A DNA stretch of 64,000 bases from Perkinsela sp. CCAP 1560/9 (Eukaryota > Protista > Euglenozoa: Kinetoplastea), in assembly GCA_965644495.1 (NCBI GenBank), contig CBFFSA010000002.1, positions 930,001 through 994,000 on the forward strand, given 5' to 3'. Shown here in pieces: positions 48,361 to 60,100 of this stretch. Every line of letters starts with the position of its first letter. Position 1 is the stretch's first letter. The notes below the pieces were generated by a model, which searched no databases, had not been told where the DNA came from, and saw only the letters and a list, made by a program, of their open reading frames with translations. The translations under genes were made by a program, and so were the position numbers.

Positions 48361-48620
48361 AAAGGGAATATCGAAGGATCATTTTTGTGGATCTCAAGCA
48401 AAGACGGGGTAGGTGTCAGGGAGAGGGGGGGTAGGAATATTAAGCACCATTGGGACACTTAATATTACTGGTAGGAATAATACGAGGGTATAGGAATATT
48501 AACCCGGACAGTGGTTTACAAAAAACGATGGTCTTACAAAAAACCATGGTCTTACAAAAAACGATGGTCAATGTTTCTAGACTTAGAGTGATTTTTTTGA
48601 AAACTTTCTTCGAGTATATT

Positions 48621-48950
48621 ATGACTTCGGCGGAGAATCAATCAACCAATGGTAACGACATTTCCGACAAGGAAAGAGATACAAAGCGCAAAAGAGATGA
48701 TTACTTAGAATCACTGCACGTTGTGCGCTCTGCGCGCGAAGAGTATGACGAGCGCTCAATCACAATAGAACACCTTCCCTCCTCTACGACTAAAGAAGAC
48801 CTTACCAAGCATTACGCTTCTTATGGTGAAATCAATTGCATAACAATCGTATCAAAAAAGGGACTGGCGCACGTGTGTTTTAGCACTACGGAAGAAGAAA
48901 AGCGTGCATCGAGCGTTTACTTCAAGGGGAAAAAGAAGAGAAACAGATAA
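48621..48950 (+). CDS. Small RRM-domain ORF (109 aa), probably TE-borne
   Basis: RSITIEHLPSSTTKEDLTKHYASYGEI..KGLAHVCF (RNP2/RNP1-like); second copy at 19998. Confidence 0.6.
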   Translation: MTSAENQSTNGNDISDKERDTKRKRDDYLESLHVVRSAREEYDERSITIEHLPSSTTKEDLTKHYASYGEINCITIVSKKGLAHVCFSTTEEEKRASSVYFKGKKKRNR

Positions 48951-49181
48951 AGCTTTCGCAAAAATTTGTGAATTTTTTATTGTGCCACTTTTGAAATTGT
49001 TGCACAATAATAAATTCACAAATTTTTGTTGCACAAATATTTGTGGAGATTTTTTTTGTTGAGGGTCCATGGGGGGGTCCATGGGGGGGTCCATGGGGGG
49101 CATACAGGGGGGAAATTAAGTTATGTCAACAAAAGTCATGTTAATTTCTGGGATTAACACGACTTTTGTTGACACAACATA

Positions 49182-50433
49182 CATGGGTGGGCACCTTCAG
49201 AGTGGGGGGGTCTAAAATTCGTAAAACTTGTTCAATTTTGGAAAGTAATAGCGCATTCGAGAGCTCTCAAATAGTCTGGTGTAATCGTAAAAAGCACTCT
49301 GCGAAAGTTTACGGGAATCAAAGAAAGCTAGAATGGTCCCAAACACGAATTGCAACTTTATTTTTTAAGCGAAAAAGTCCTTTTTTTCCAAAAATAATCT
49401 CAGTACCCACAATTTCCCCCTTTTTTCTCAATAACGATTTGAAAGCGCTTGGAGACACTCTTTATGGTCTTCACGCAAGTACTTTTGAGATCGGTTTGAA
49501 GTGCCTCGTATGCACTCTCGATAGAAGAGAGGAGATCTGTGCGATTGCGTGGTCGCATGCGATCCTTGTGCTGATCCATGATATTCCACAAGTTTTCGAT
49601 GGGGTTGAGATCCGGTGACTTTGCGGGCCAGGGGAGCGTTCGCACGTTTTGCTGCTGAAAAGTACGCCTTGCCAAGTTGTGCGCAGGGCAATTGTCCATA
49701 GCAACAACTGCACGGTGCCTGTGTAGGTAGTTCAAAAGACCATTACGCTTGGTCATGGCAGCTTCGAAAACAGCCCCGTTCACAGTAACTCTATTTCCCT
49801 GCTCATCTCTATTAGGAAAAATGTGCAGATGAAATCCATGCTTTATGCTTACCCCCATCCACACCATTATACCATCGCCCCCTACCCACGCTTCCAGCTC
49901 ACCTAGCTGCTCTTTTACAGGGTCGGACCGTCGGCAAAGGTAGGTGTTTTTGGTAGACTTCTTGCAGGTAAACTTTTTCTCATCACACCAAATAATATTA
50001 TCAAGCTGGTGTTCGCTCCAGCCCGACATGTCCTTACAGAATCGGACTCTAACGTCTTTATGCTGCTGGGTTAGTCGTGGTTTACGCTGAACTACGCGGA
50101 GGATAATATCGGGCTTCAAAGCTCGAGCCAAAGTGCGTCTGGAACACTGAAACCCTCTCTGGAAGGGAAACCGTGATGTTTGCGATCGTACACGTTTCTG
50201 AGGCATTAACGGCGCAAAAAAACTAAAAAAAGCCAAAAAAACTGAAAAATTGCATCTTCGGGGAAAAATAAATTCCTTGTTTTTCTGTCATTTATCTCGA
50301 ATGTCTAAAAACGGGAAACGGATGTTGCCATTACACCAGACTATTTGAGAACTCTCGAATGCGCTATTACTTTCCAAAATTGGTCAAGTTTTACGAATTT
50401 TAGACCCCCCCACTCTGAAGGCGCCCACCCCTG
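49182..50433 (-). mobile_element. Tc1-type DNA transposon, ~105-bp TIRs, TA TSD
   Basis: TIRs at 49182-49286 and 50330-50433; empty site CAACATATGTTG at ~29024-29035. Confidence 0.93.
49400..50206 (-). CDS. Tc1-like DDE transposase (N-terminus short)
   Basis: KPRLT, WCDEKKF, MDNCPAH, WPAKSPDLNPIENLW. Confidence 0.88.
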   Translation of the reverse strand: MPQKRVRSQTSRFPFQRGFQCSRRTLARALKPDIILRVVQRKPRLTQQHKDVRVRFCKDMSGWSEHQLDNIIWCDEKKFTCKKSTKNTYLCRRSDPVKEQLGELEAWVGGDGIMVWMGVSIKHGFHLHIFPNRDEQGNRVTVNGAVFEAAMTKRNGLLNYLHRHRAVVAMDNCPAHNLARRTFQQQNVRTLPWPAKSPDLNPIENLWNIMDQHKDRMRPRNRTDLLSSIESAYEALQTDLKSTCVKTIKSVSKRFQIVIEKKGGNCGY

Positions 50434-51509
50434 TATGTTGCCGCAACATATGTTCACTTTTTTACCAAACTTTGCCAATTCTTACTGTTTGCCAAAAAAA
50501 CACGCCATTGAAGAAAAGTTTCATTTAGTCACTCATTTCACAAAAAAAATTGAGTGAAACGTACCATGAACTCTTTCCCATTCGCGAGAAGCTTTGTTCG
50601 GACCCAAGCCATTTGTGTCATCATGACCCTTTCCTCTAGGAGAAGAAGGGTACTGCTTTGGGGTCTCTATGGAATTTAGGTCGCCCAAGACCTTCGCTTC
50701 AAGGGGGGTTACACTAATTAAGGGAATATGATTTACAAAAAGAATTATTCCCTTAATTAGTGTTCCCTTATTTAATGTTCCCTTAATCGTTTTATGAGAA
50801 TCAAGTTGAAAATAGCCCAAGATCATCAGATAAGTACGATGAATAATTGTAAACTGTAAATTGTTGCAGTTTTATTTTAAACATATTTAGAGGTGAAAAG
50901 CAGCTGTTGAATATCAAAATTATTCTTTTTACAAAGCACAAAAAGCACAAAAAATATACAGTGCACCCAGATAGTAAAGGTTTTAGTAGTTACCACAGAT
51001 TTTGGGTAACTACTAAAAAGAAGCCTGACTATTTGGGAAAACCGTTTTTTGGGACTTTACTAACTGGGCAATCAATTGTATTTGAAGCACAGAGAAAAAA
51101 AGAAAACGTATAATCAAAAAACAACTGGGCTGGAGTCTTGAACAACGCTTTCCAATGCAAGCTGTATGCGATTTTTTTTAGATGAAATGAAATCAATTTC
51201 TTTTAGACAAAAATTCTTGAAAAAGAGAAAAACTCTAAAAAAAGGTAACTACTAAAAAACACTTTACTATTTGGGAAAACCCTTTTTTGGGGCGCAATGT
51301 AAACTTCATTTCAAGAAAAATTCACTACTCAAAACAATATATATCCTGAGGGTTGGGGGTGCCTGGGCCATGGGTGGAAAAAATAAATATTAGTTATAAA
51401 CTGCCTGAAAATGCCAAAAATTGACGAAAAACAATTATTCCCTTAATTAGTGTTCCCTTAATTGATGTTCCCTTATTTAATGTGTCTCTTAATTAATGTT
51501 TCCACGGTA
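50434..51509. repeat. Uninterrupted copy of the non-coding element split at 29443/40181; ends in TTCCCTTAATT subrepeats and TTTCCACGG-TA
   Basis: Homology to 29030-29443 and 40181-40812. Confidence 0.8.
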
Positions 51510-51534
51510 TAACAAAAATGAAAATTTATAATTA

Positions 51535-51847
51535 CTATCCCCCCTATTTAATAGGGCTACGTGTCACCCCCCTTTTAATAGGGCCATTTTGTCTGGAAGG
51601 CCACAAAAAATATTTCAGGGAAAGTGCCAAAAAATTGTCGAATCCGGCGCGAAGCGGCAGATTGTTTTTCCATTTCTACCCCAACAACCAAAAGTGTATC
51701 AAAAGGGAGTAGGACCTTGTTTCACAACGATAAAAAAGGCGCCGCTTCGCGGCGCCGATTTTTTTCTTTCATATTATTTTCCATGTGCCCCCCCTTTATT
51801 AGGGCCTTTTGCCCAAAATTGGAGTCCTATTAAATAGGGGGGGATAG
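51535..51847. mobile_element. MITE with CTATCCCCCCTATTTAATAGG-type TIRs and TA flanks
   Basis: Inverted ends at 51535-51556 and 51826-51847. Confidence 0.8.
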
Positions 51848-52938
51848 TATATTTATATTTATAAAAATTAATGAGAAAGGGTAGGTGGAACGACGTGATA
51901 TACAACACTTTAGCTGATAGGATGAACCAATTTGTTTCACTGTAAGGATAGATTGCGGGTAAACGAAGATGACAATTATGAGATGTTAACGATAAATATT
52001 TGCTTAAGCACCCATAGAGTAATGAAGGGAGGACTAAGGTACGAAAGGCAGATCTGCACTTTCTGGAGAAAATTCTTCCTGTCCCTTCGTCTCCACAAAC
52101 GTTATTATACGCCGATTTCTACGAATTTCTTCTTGATCAGCGATGCGCTGCGGGGAAAAATAAAAGCCAAGCCCCTTGTCCGAGGTGAGGTCCAAATGTA
52201 AACGGGGGTCCGGTTTGCATACCTTTGACCTGGTACCATACCTGGGGAGGGGTATGGTATCGTGACCCAGGGTCGATAGCATACCCCCCCCCTGGTTTTT
52301 CAGACAGACAACATGTGATGTCGACTTCTTGTTCGAGGTGGCCCACGTAGATCATAACCCTACAGAGCATTATTCGTTTGTTTTCTTTACTATTTATCGC
52401 GTTTTTTCACTTCTATGACTTTTACTGGTGATACAGTGCACACAATTATTAGTGTAACAATAATTCGTAAAACAAAAATTAGTAAATTTTTAATTAGTAA
52501 AACATTTTGCGAAATTCAGGTTTTACACCTTACATTTTTTTGTTTTTTTCGGAATTCTATCTTTTTTACGAAAAGTTTTCAGATTACTATGTCGCACGAA
52601 AGCGAGCAAGATTTCTGTGAGCAAGATTTTTATTAATATTATTTTTTTGGGGTGTTTTTTACTCTGTGCTACAGACACATATTACTTTCCCCGCTCCTGA
52701 TCTTTTTCTGAATCTCTGACTTTCTTGTTCGTTATACTCCCATTTTTAAAAGACTTTCTCCGCTCCGCGAACGCGAAACATCGCTCTCTTGTATTTAAGA
52801 GTTTTTTTTCATATTTAAGAAAATACTGATGTAGGGACATTGTGTGGGAGGGGGTAAAAGTCAATCCCTTTTTGGGGGATATTCTTGGTAAGGATTTTCT
52901 TTGTAATACGCTTCACTGAAGCCTGACACACTCAGCAT

Positions 52939-53011
52939 GGGGAAGCATGGTCGGGACCTCCTCTCGGTCTTCCCTAGCATTACCATTTTGCAGATGGTAC
53001 TAACGCCGACC
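52939..53011 (+). ncRNA. HDV-like ribozyme fold
   Basis: P1 GGGGAAG/CUUCCCU (G.U first pair); P2 GGUCGGG/C(G)CCGACC; P3 ACC/GGU; L3 UCCUCUC; P4 UACCAUUU/AGAUGGUA; J4/2 CUAA. Confidence 0.8.
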
Positions 53012-53515
53012 TTAGAGGAGACAACCTACTCAAACGACAGAAATACCGTTTCTGTAAAAATTGATTTTATCAAGTTGGCAAATTTTTTGGGGCAGTGCAA
53101 AAATTAGTAAAACAAAAATTAGTGAATTTTTAATTAGTAAAACGTTTTTATTATTTTACAATAAAAGTTTTACTAATTTTAGTATTACTAATACTAAAAG
53201 TACTATACCGGGGGTATGGCAAGCTGAACATTGGTTTAAAACACATTTCCAAATTCGGAGACCTTTCCTTTGTTGAAGAGGTTTCTCTTCTTCGAAGTCC
53301 TTTCCTCTTTTGAAGACCTTTCCTTTTTGGAAATCCAATCCTTTTTGAAGACCCTCCTTTTTTTGAATTTCCCTTTTTTAAAGACTCCATTTTTCGAAGA
53401 CATTTACTTCAATTTATTGTGCAACAATTTTAGAAGTCACACAAAATTTTGCGAGCGCTGTAATTTTCGCAACCCTAGATGAAAACCCTTCTTCAATTAT
53501 TCTTGATGTTTTTAC

Positions 53516-53636
53516 AATTTTTCCTTTTTAGGCACTTCGTTAAACGTGGAGGTAGTTTTCAACGCGAAGCGCGCAGCATCAGTGACTTCTACGTTGAGAA
53601 CCACCGTGTTTAACGAAACGACTAGAAAAGAAATTC
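53516..53636 (+). repeat. Degenerate solo family-1 palindrome
   Basis: TTTTAGGCACTTCGTTAAACG..CAACGCGAAGCGCGCAGCAT..TTTAACGAA. Confidence 0.8.
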
Positions 53637-53726
53637 TTAATTGATGTTTCCACGGTATTCAGAGGAGGAGCAATGGTTCGTAAGTAAAACTGCATGCAGA
53701 ATAGGCTGCATGAGGAAATATGCGTC

Positions 53727-56471
53727 CTACTGTTTTGGCAAGAGCTTGTCAGTTCGCCTCTGCCTTTGCTGTTGATTTATTTCACACCAGAGTGAGGCGT
53801 TGAACTCAGTTAGAGGGAGTATATACTTCCCGAATTCCGAAACACGTCGCGGTGTAGGGAAAATTCGTTTAAAACGACCCTTGTAGGCAACCTCATCGCG
53901 AATACGCGACATAATGAACGATGTAAGATTCGACTTTGTCACGAGAGATCGACTTAGTCTTTTTTTTCTTGCAGCGACACGAGAGGAAAAACTATTTATG
54001 GATTTCGTGGGTAAGACATGTTGTCCTTTTCGGGAACCATTTTTCTTTTTCTGATGATTCAAACATGGCTTATAAGAAAAGGAGAGGTCCGATCTGGTAG
54101 TTAAGAGTTCTTGTGATGTGATACAAAGCAAGTTGAACATGTCTGTTACTACATTTGACTTTAATTCATAGTCCAGGCTACTGCTGCTCTCCAGAGAGGG
54201 AAGAACATTGACCTCCAGTAGCAAGGGTTTTCCTAAATGGTCGAACATAATGTCAAACCCATAGAGCTCGAAGCAACCGAGCGAGAGAATCTGAGATCGG
54301 GTTAGACAGTCCTCGGCGAGTGAAGAGTCGTCGTTTCTTAAAGCCATATTGGAGAGACCGTGACGCACGCATCGCGTTTTTTTCGACCGTCGGGTGATCT
54401 CTAGGACTTTATCAGTTGACACTTCGGTAGGGGAGAAAAAGGAGGAACGACATGGTAAAGAATATTCTAACGGAACGTCTTCGTCCCGCAAATGACCTAA
54501 GAGTGGTTCGCACGTGGCCATCAATGTTTGCAAGATCACGTCATCAACGTCTCTCCACAACTGTGTGATGTTCACACCTTGAGATCGAAGCCTTTTATTA
54601 AGATCAGCCAAGGTGGACTTTAGATTTGGCTTCCAAATTTGCGGAAGATCCGTTGGACTTGTTGGAAAGGCCTCATTCAATAAGGAGCTAATATGTTCGG
54701 TATATTTTCGACCTACACTGTAATTGGTAAGCTGACTAAAACGATTGGAGAGTGCTTGAGGGTCATAAGGCTCAGCTGCGAAACGAGCTAACCCTTCCTC
54801 GTACCGGTAAATCACGAGGGGGTCCAACGAGGTTACAAGGACGTAGAGACGAACATCAAATTTAAAGCCTTCTAGGAGCATTGGTTCATCAATGTACTGC
54901 TGTACTATATACGGAGGTGTGGGTTCTGAAGAGCTAGAACCGGAAGAATAGTCATCAGGATTGTTTGGAAGATCTGAAAACTCAATAGAGTCGGTTTTTT
55001 TCGCGTCGCATGTACCGGAAGGAAGATATCGTTGAAGTAAGGCTGTGAGTTTCGGGCAGTTGGCGGTAACCACACTAATGCCACGACCACAGGAGCCACG
55101 AGAGGGTTTGATAATATATTTACGAGGAACTCGTTCGGAAAATGAAGAGGCTTTGCTTTGTGAAAAAGAGGTGTCTGAGCGTGCGGACTCAATAGACGAC
55201 ATTTCCACGTGCGCGTACGGAGAAGAATGTGAGTTACCAGAAGATAAATTGCGTTTCGCTGATGCAGCGCGCATGCTATCGTTTTCCATTTTTAACTCGT
55301 TTTGAAGAAATAAAGCATCGCGCGGAAGACACCACGTAAAAGGGGAAAATGAAAAAAGTGACTTCCCTTCGAAACTTGTTTTCTTCGCATATTTTTGCTG
55401 CATTTTGCTAAGGTTTCGCTGTAACCCGCTTTTACATCCCAGCTCTGTGGCACTTCCGGGAAAGTGATTCAGACGGTGATGAGGGTTGGTGGGACGTCCT
55501 AGAAGTTGCAGTTCGCATTCCGTTTGCTGTTTTAAAACACGTTCGATTTCGTTACAAGTGTATTCCATCTCGGTAGATGCTGTCGGACTTGCGTTGTATT
55601 CTTCACTTTGTATTGTGGTAGGAGGCAAAATAGCTCCGGATAAACTTGATGACAACGGGGAGTGTTTGGGTACTGATCCACCCAAAAAAGAAATAAGCTG
55701 AGAGGCACGCGAAAGCAATCGAGAAAATTTTGATATCAACCAACAATCCAGCGACTTCAATGTTGGTGAATGTTGAATCGTTTGTATGACTTGGTGTTCA
55801 CACTCCAAAGTGTGCAACGCACATATCTGAAGTAGTTTCTTTTGTAATTGGCTTCGAAGTTTATCTCGTAGACTGCGATATCTTTTAATTCGTGACTGTA
55901 ATACTTTTAAACTAAAAGTGGGCCTATTCCATGACATAGCACACGGGACGAAATGTTGCTGCGGAACCCTCCGCAGGCCAGCTTTTAGTAGAGGGAGTCG
56001 CACTGCATAGTATTCGCACTGCTTATGAACTTTGTAAAACAGTGGAGCAAGGGGAAGTTGGTGCGCAGATGTGCGGTCGGAGGCAGTATTTTGGGATTCT
56101 AAATATTCAATAACTTTTACCTTGGGGGGAGTGCGCTCGTAATCTCGGGAGAAATAAAAAGAGGATGGTAGTCCGGAGAAGGAAGGCTTTAGGTATATCC
56201 GACGAGGCTTGTTTTCTTCTAATTCAGATTCAAAAGGTTTTGCGCACGTGGGGTCTTTGACTTCCACTGAACGTTGCTGTTCCTTTGAAGGAAGAGTACA
56301 CTTCATTTTATCCGATAAAGAATCACAAGAAGTGTTGCTAATACAGTAACGGTAACCAGTTAGGTGTAGAATACACGTGGTAGATGTACAAAATTGAATC
56401 GAGCGCAGGACGTTGTGCTGAAAGTTTGTCCGAACAGAGCGCGTACCTGGGTGTCTGATTGGATGCATCAT
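53727..56471 (-). CDS. Tubulin-tyrosine ligase-like protein (TTLL polyglutamylase, TTLL4/5-like)
   Basis: LNHFPG, YIIKP..SCGRGI, IVQQYI, KFDVRLYVLVTS, EEGLARFA, LTNYS, FELYGFDIM, LLEVNVLPSL. Start codon uncertain (56471 or 56306). Confidence 0.9.
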   Translation of the reverse strand: MMHPIRHPGTRSVRTNFQHNVLRSIQFCTSTTCILHLTGYRYCISNTSCDSLSDKMKCTLPSKEQQRSVEVKDPTCAKPFESELEENKPRRIYLKPSFSGLPSSFYFSRDYERTPPKVKVIEYLESQNTASDRTSAHQLPLAPLFYKVHKQCEYYAVRLPLLKAGLRRVPQQHFVPCAMSWNRPTFSLKVLQSRIKRYRSLRDKLRSQLQKKLLQICALHTLECEHQVIQTIQHSPTLKSLDCWLISKFSRLLSRASQLISFLGGSVPKHSPLSSSLSGAILPPTTIQSEEYNASPTASTEMEYTCNEIERVLKQQTECELQLLGRPTNPHHRLNHFPGSATELGCKSGLQRNLSKMQQKYAKKTSFEGKSLFSFSPFTWCLPRDALFLQNELKMENDSMRAASAKRNLSSGNSHSSPYAHVEMSSIESARSDTSFSQSKASSFSERVPRKYIIKPSRGSCGRGISVVTANCPKLTALLQRYLPSGTCDAKKTDSIEFSDLPNNPDDYSSGSSSSEPTPPYIVQQYIDEPMLLEGFKFDVRLYVLVTSLDPLVIYRYEEGLARFAAEPYDPQALSNRFSQLTNYSVGRKYTEHISSLLNEAFPTSPTDLPQIWKPNLKSTLADLNKRLRSQGVNITQLWRDVDDVILQTLMATCEPLLGHLRDEDVPLEYSLPCRSSFFSPTEVSTDKVLEITRRSKKTRCVRHGLSNMALRNDDSSLAEDCLTRSQILSLGCFELYGFDIMFDHLGKPLLLEVNVLPSLESSSSLDYELKSNVVTDMFNLLCITSQELLTTRSDLSFSYKPCLNHQKKKNGSRKGQHVLPTKSINSFSSRVAARKKRLSRSLVTKSNLTSFIMSRIRDEVAYKGRFKRIFPTPRRVSEFGKYILPLTEFNASLWCEINQQQRQRRTDKLLPKQ

Positions 56472-57174
56472 TAGATGAAAACCACCAAAGAAGGTAAAAT
56501 GAAGAGTTTGTATGGAAAGAGTATTATACTTTATTGGTATCGACAACAAAAATTTGGTCGATACTAACAAAAATCTTATTATAAAGAACTATTTAGAATC
56601 AAAATTAATCAGAAACTCGTTAACAAGTAAAAAGAGGTTAAAATTATTAAAAAATGGTCGCCACAAAAAAGATAATACTTTTTAGGCCAACCGTTTTTGA
56701 GAAGATACTTTTCCCGTGGTGTATACGATATTTTGTAGTGTGAATTGTGAACCTCTTTTGTTTCGTCCACAAACCCGACGAGAAAAGAAACGAAACAAAG
56801 AACGCAAGAAAACACCGACCTAACGCAAGAGAGCCCAAGTATACAGTGCTGCAAAGAATCATCTTTGCAGACCAGTTTGCGCACAAACACAGATTAAGTC
56901 TACTTCATGTATCCATGCTTACGCGCAATGTAAAAGCATTCATATTTATAATTTGCCGGTGCATAAAAAATAATTTCCATGCTCGTACGAAGCACTTACT
57001 CTACTGTTGCGCCATACATACAGTGCTGTCCAGATCGTGGATGGATTCAAAGAAATCAACTCGCTTCACAATTTTGTGTCGTAAAACCAAATCATGAAAC
57101 GAATACAAAGTACAGTGTATGTGAGCTAAAAAACAAAAATAAAATTTGCACAAAAAACCAGACGCCTAAGTAAG

Positions 57175-60100
57175 TCATGTTTTTGGAGAGGGTCTTGGCA
57201 CTGACTTCGACCTCCGAACACTACTGTGTGAGCGCTTCTCCGGTCGTGAGGGCCGCAGCCAGTGAAGCAATCCATGGGAGCGGCAGTACTGCTCAATCGT
57301 GAGACCTCCCAGTAAGTGGTACAGCGCACACACCTTATCTTCCTCATGCATGGTCGCAAACCGAATCGTTTTACCCGTGTCCTTTCGTAGCGCAAACGAT
57401 TGTCCGGGGTACTGATATTGTAGCACGCGAACTTTTGCGTGCTCTGGAAGATGGGCAAAAAAAGATGTAAGTTTGGTTTGGTATTTCAGCTTCACGTTGG
57501 GAATGAGATAAAACAGATCTGTTGCGGCGGAAGAAGACAGGGGAGAAGAAGAGGAACGGGTCCCGGAATTTGTGGTGTTTTTTTCCGGACCTTGTGACCC
57601 CTCCATCCGTCGCTGAATCTCCTTGTCAGTTTCACGAAGAATTAAATCAATTGGGGCATGCATATCGGAGTTCGCATTCTCCGCACAAGACGGCGAGGAG
57701 GAAGAAGAGGAGATTGCATCCGGTGGGGTAATATTCACCGCTCGGTAGTTCTCAAAATTATTGAGCTGCTCGTTCTCCAGTCGCAGCACCGCCCACATGG
57801 CGCGACGTGTGAGCTCAAGACTTACCCACAGAATCCACCCCCAACCAGAGAACAGTAACGATCGTCCCCAATTGGGGAAGAAAATATGCCGGATGAGCCA
57901 CAGAAAGCGTAACACTGCGTTAACAGCTGCGCTCGAGAAATACGCCCATCGAGGATACCACAGCTGTTCCCGTAAAAGCGGATCCCGCGACCCACGATTA
58001 CGAAAAAATGACAACAAACCCCAATCCATGTGATAGTCCCATAAAAGTTTATAAGAGGCATCGGAAAAAGCCGCAAACAGCCATACCCCTTCCATCACCG
58101 CAAACGCGACAGACTGCATCCCAAACATTCGTTTACACACCAACAAAACAAACCCTAAAACGAGTTGTAAAAGCCCAGCAGCGTATTTCATCGCGTTTGT
58201 TAAATTCGGGTGAAGGCTATCCCCTTCCTGGTCACGGTACCGACGTAGACACTGCAGCAGACGAAGCATGTGAGGCAACGCCGGGAGCAGCGGAATTCGC
58301 CATGTGCGGTATCCGAGACAAAAAGCGTTTGTTGCGGAAGATGGATATTCCCACACACATAGCGCTGTGGGAAGCTCCCCGAGGACATCGGTCATGGAGC
58401 ATAAATAATCCATTAAAAAGAAATCCGCGAATCGAACCCGGTACCAGGGGGCCGCAAAGGCACGAAGTAAATGATGCCACAGCCAGTGGGAAGAAAACCG
58501 ATGACGGAGGTGAAAAAGAAACGTAAGCAAAACGCTCAGGGCAGCGAAAAGGTAGGCGTAGGTCGGGGCGTTCGGGGTGAGGCTATAGCCCTCGGTAAAG
58601 AGCGCGCTGTGGAGAAAACCATAAGCGCACGTCACCCCGATAAGGAGTTGCAGGAAGGCAAGGCACATCAAACCGAACGCCGTAAAGTGCTTTCGTAGGT
58701 CCAGTTCCAAGATAAAGGCATAGTTGATGCCGTAGGACTCCCAAATTAGAACGACCAAAGCAAAGGAGAGAAGGAGAAACGTCCCGACGTAGCCGAGAGA
58801 GAAAATAAACTGCGACCGCGAGACACTCGCCTCTGAGAGAGAAGAGATTTCGGAGTAATGTGAGCAGTACTCGAAAAGGAGCAACACAAAGATGGCAAGC
58901 GTGGCTCCGGAAAAGAAACCCGTGAGGAATAAAGGAGAGCGTGACTCCTTTTGTCGTTCGTCGTGCTTCTTTACATGCAGAAACGTTCGCGCGGTTTTCA
59001 TCGATCCTTGACAAAACAGATCAGCGTAGACTTTAACTAAGAGATCCTTCAGTCTTCGATTTGGAGAGGAGTCAATGCTGTGAGTGGTTTGGAAAAACCA
59101 CCTAGACGAAAGATACTGCGTGACGTCCTCTCGACAATTTTGAAGCGTGTTTTTGTCAAACTTCTTTAAAATTTTGCAAAACGCAATGGAGTTCACTGTG
59201 CAATAGGAGCGCAACAAATCAAGAGCAAAATACGCCTCTTCCATACCCTGTCGCAGACGTTGTTTCTCCAAACTGGACATTGTAGCAACCATTTTAGCTC
59301 GATCCAGCAACAACGCAGCGCGGTTCGCTATAAACTGCGCGCGAGACATGTAAAACCGATTCACCTTTCGACACTCCCTCAAAATCCAGTTTCCCATTTC
59401 CTGATTCATGGAACGGTAGAGATGCGCCACACGATGTAAAATCCAAGAAATCTCGGACATTTTCTGCACCCCCGACGCACGTAGAAAAGGCGACACGAGT
59501 ACCCCTTGTCGTGGAGGCGCTTCCCTTTGCACCACCCCAGGCGATTCCATACCCTCCGAGCCCTGGGGCGTACCCACGAGCGCCGAGAAAACGACCCCGG
59601 GCTTTTCCTCCAGCTCCTGTTCCTCTTTTTCCCCTTCCCCGGTGGCACTCGGGGGGAGCAGCACGGCCTGGGCAGGGGGACGAAGTTTCGACAAACTTCG
59701 ACGGATGGGGGTCGTCGCGAGTGGGGCTCGCGTCTCCCCCGGTGTCTCATAACCACCACCCCGTGCGCTGCCCCGCTCTGCCGGATAAAACGGCAACACC
59801 TCCATGTCAATTAACGGGGAGGACTCCCCTGCGGGAGGGACCCACCCCGGGGGAGAGGACACCGGGGCTAAACGCCTTGTGTTCTCCGAAACGGAAAAGG
59901 GAGAAGAAGAAACAGCAGAAGAAGCAGAAGAAGAAACAGCAGAAGAAGCAGAAGAAGAAATCTTCACCTCTTTTTGTGAAGCCTTTGTGGGGAGCAGCGC
60001 CCCGGGGGATGGGGGGACCGTGACGGTCACCGAGGGGGACTCGGAGGTTTCAGAACTTTGCGGTCGTGGCTCCAACGTAGTGGGCTCTTCCAGGCTGTGC

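Noticed and set aside
53030-53065. Spliced-leader-like ATACCGTTTCTGTA
   Set aside because: Short match, no AACTAA start or GT donor; better explained as a small hairpin.
56609-57173. Short intergenic and antisense ORFs in the gene cluster
   Set aside because: No motifs; AT-rich UTR sequence or shadows of real genes.
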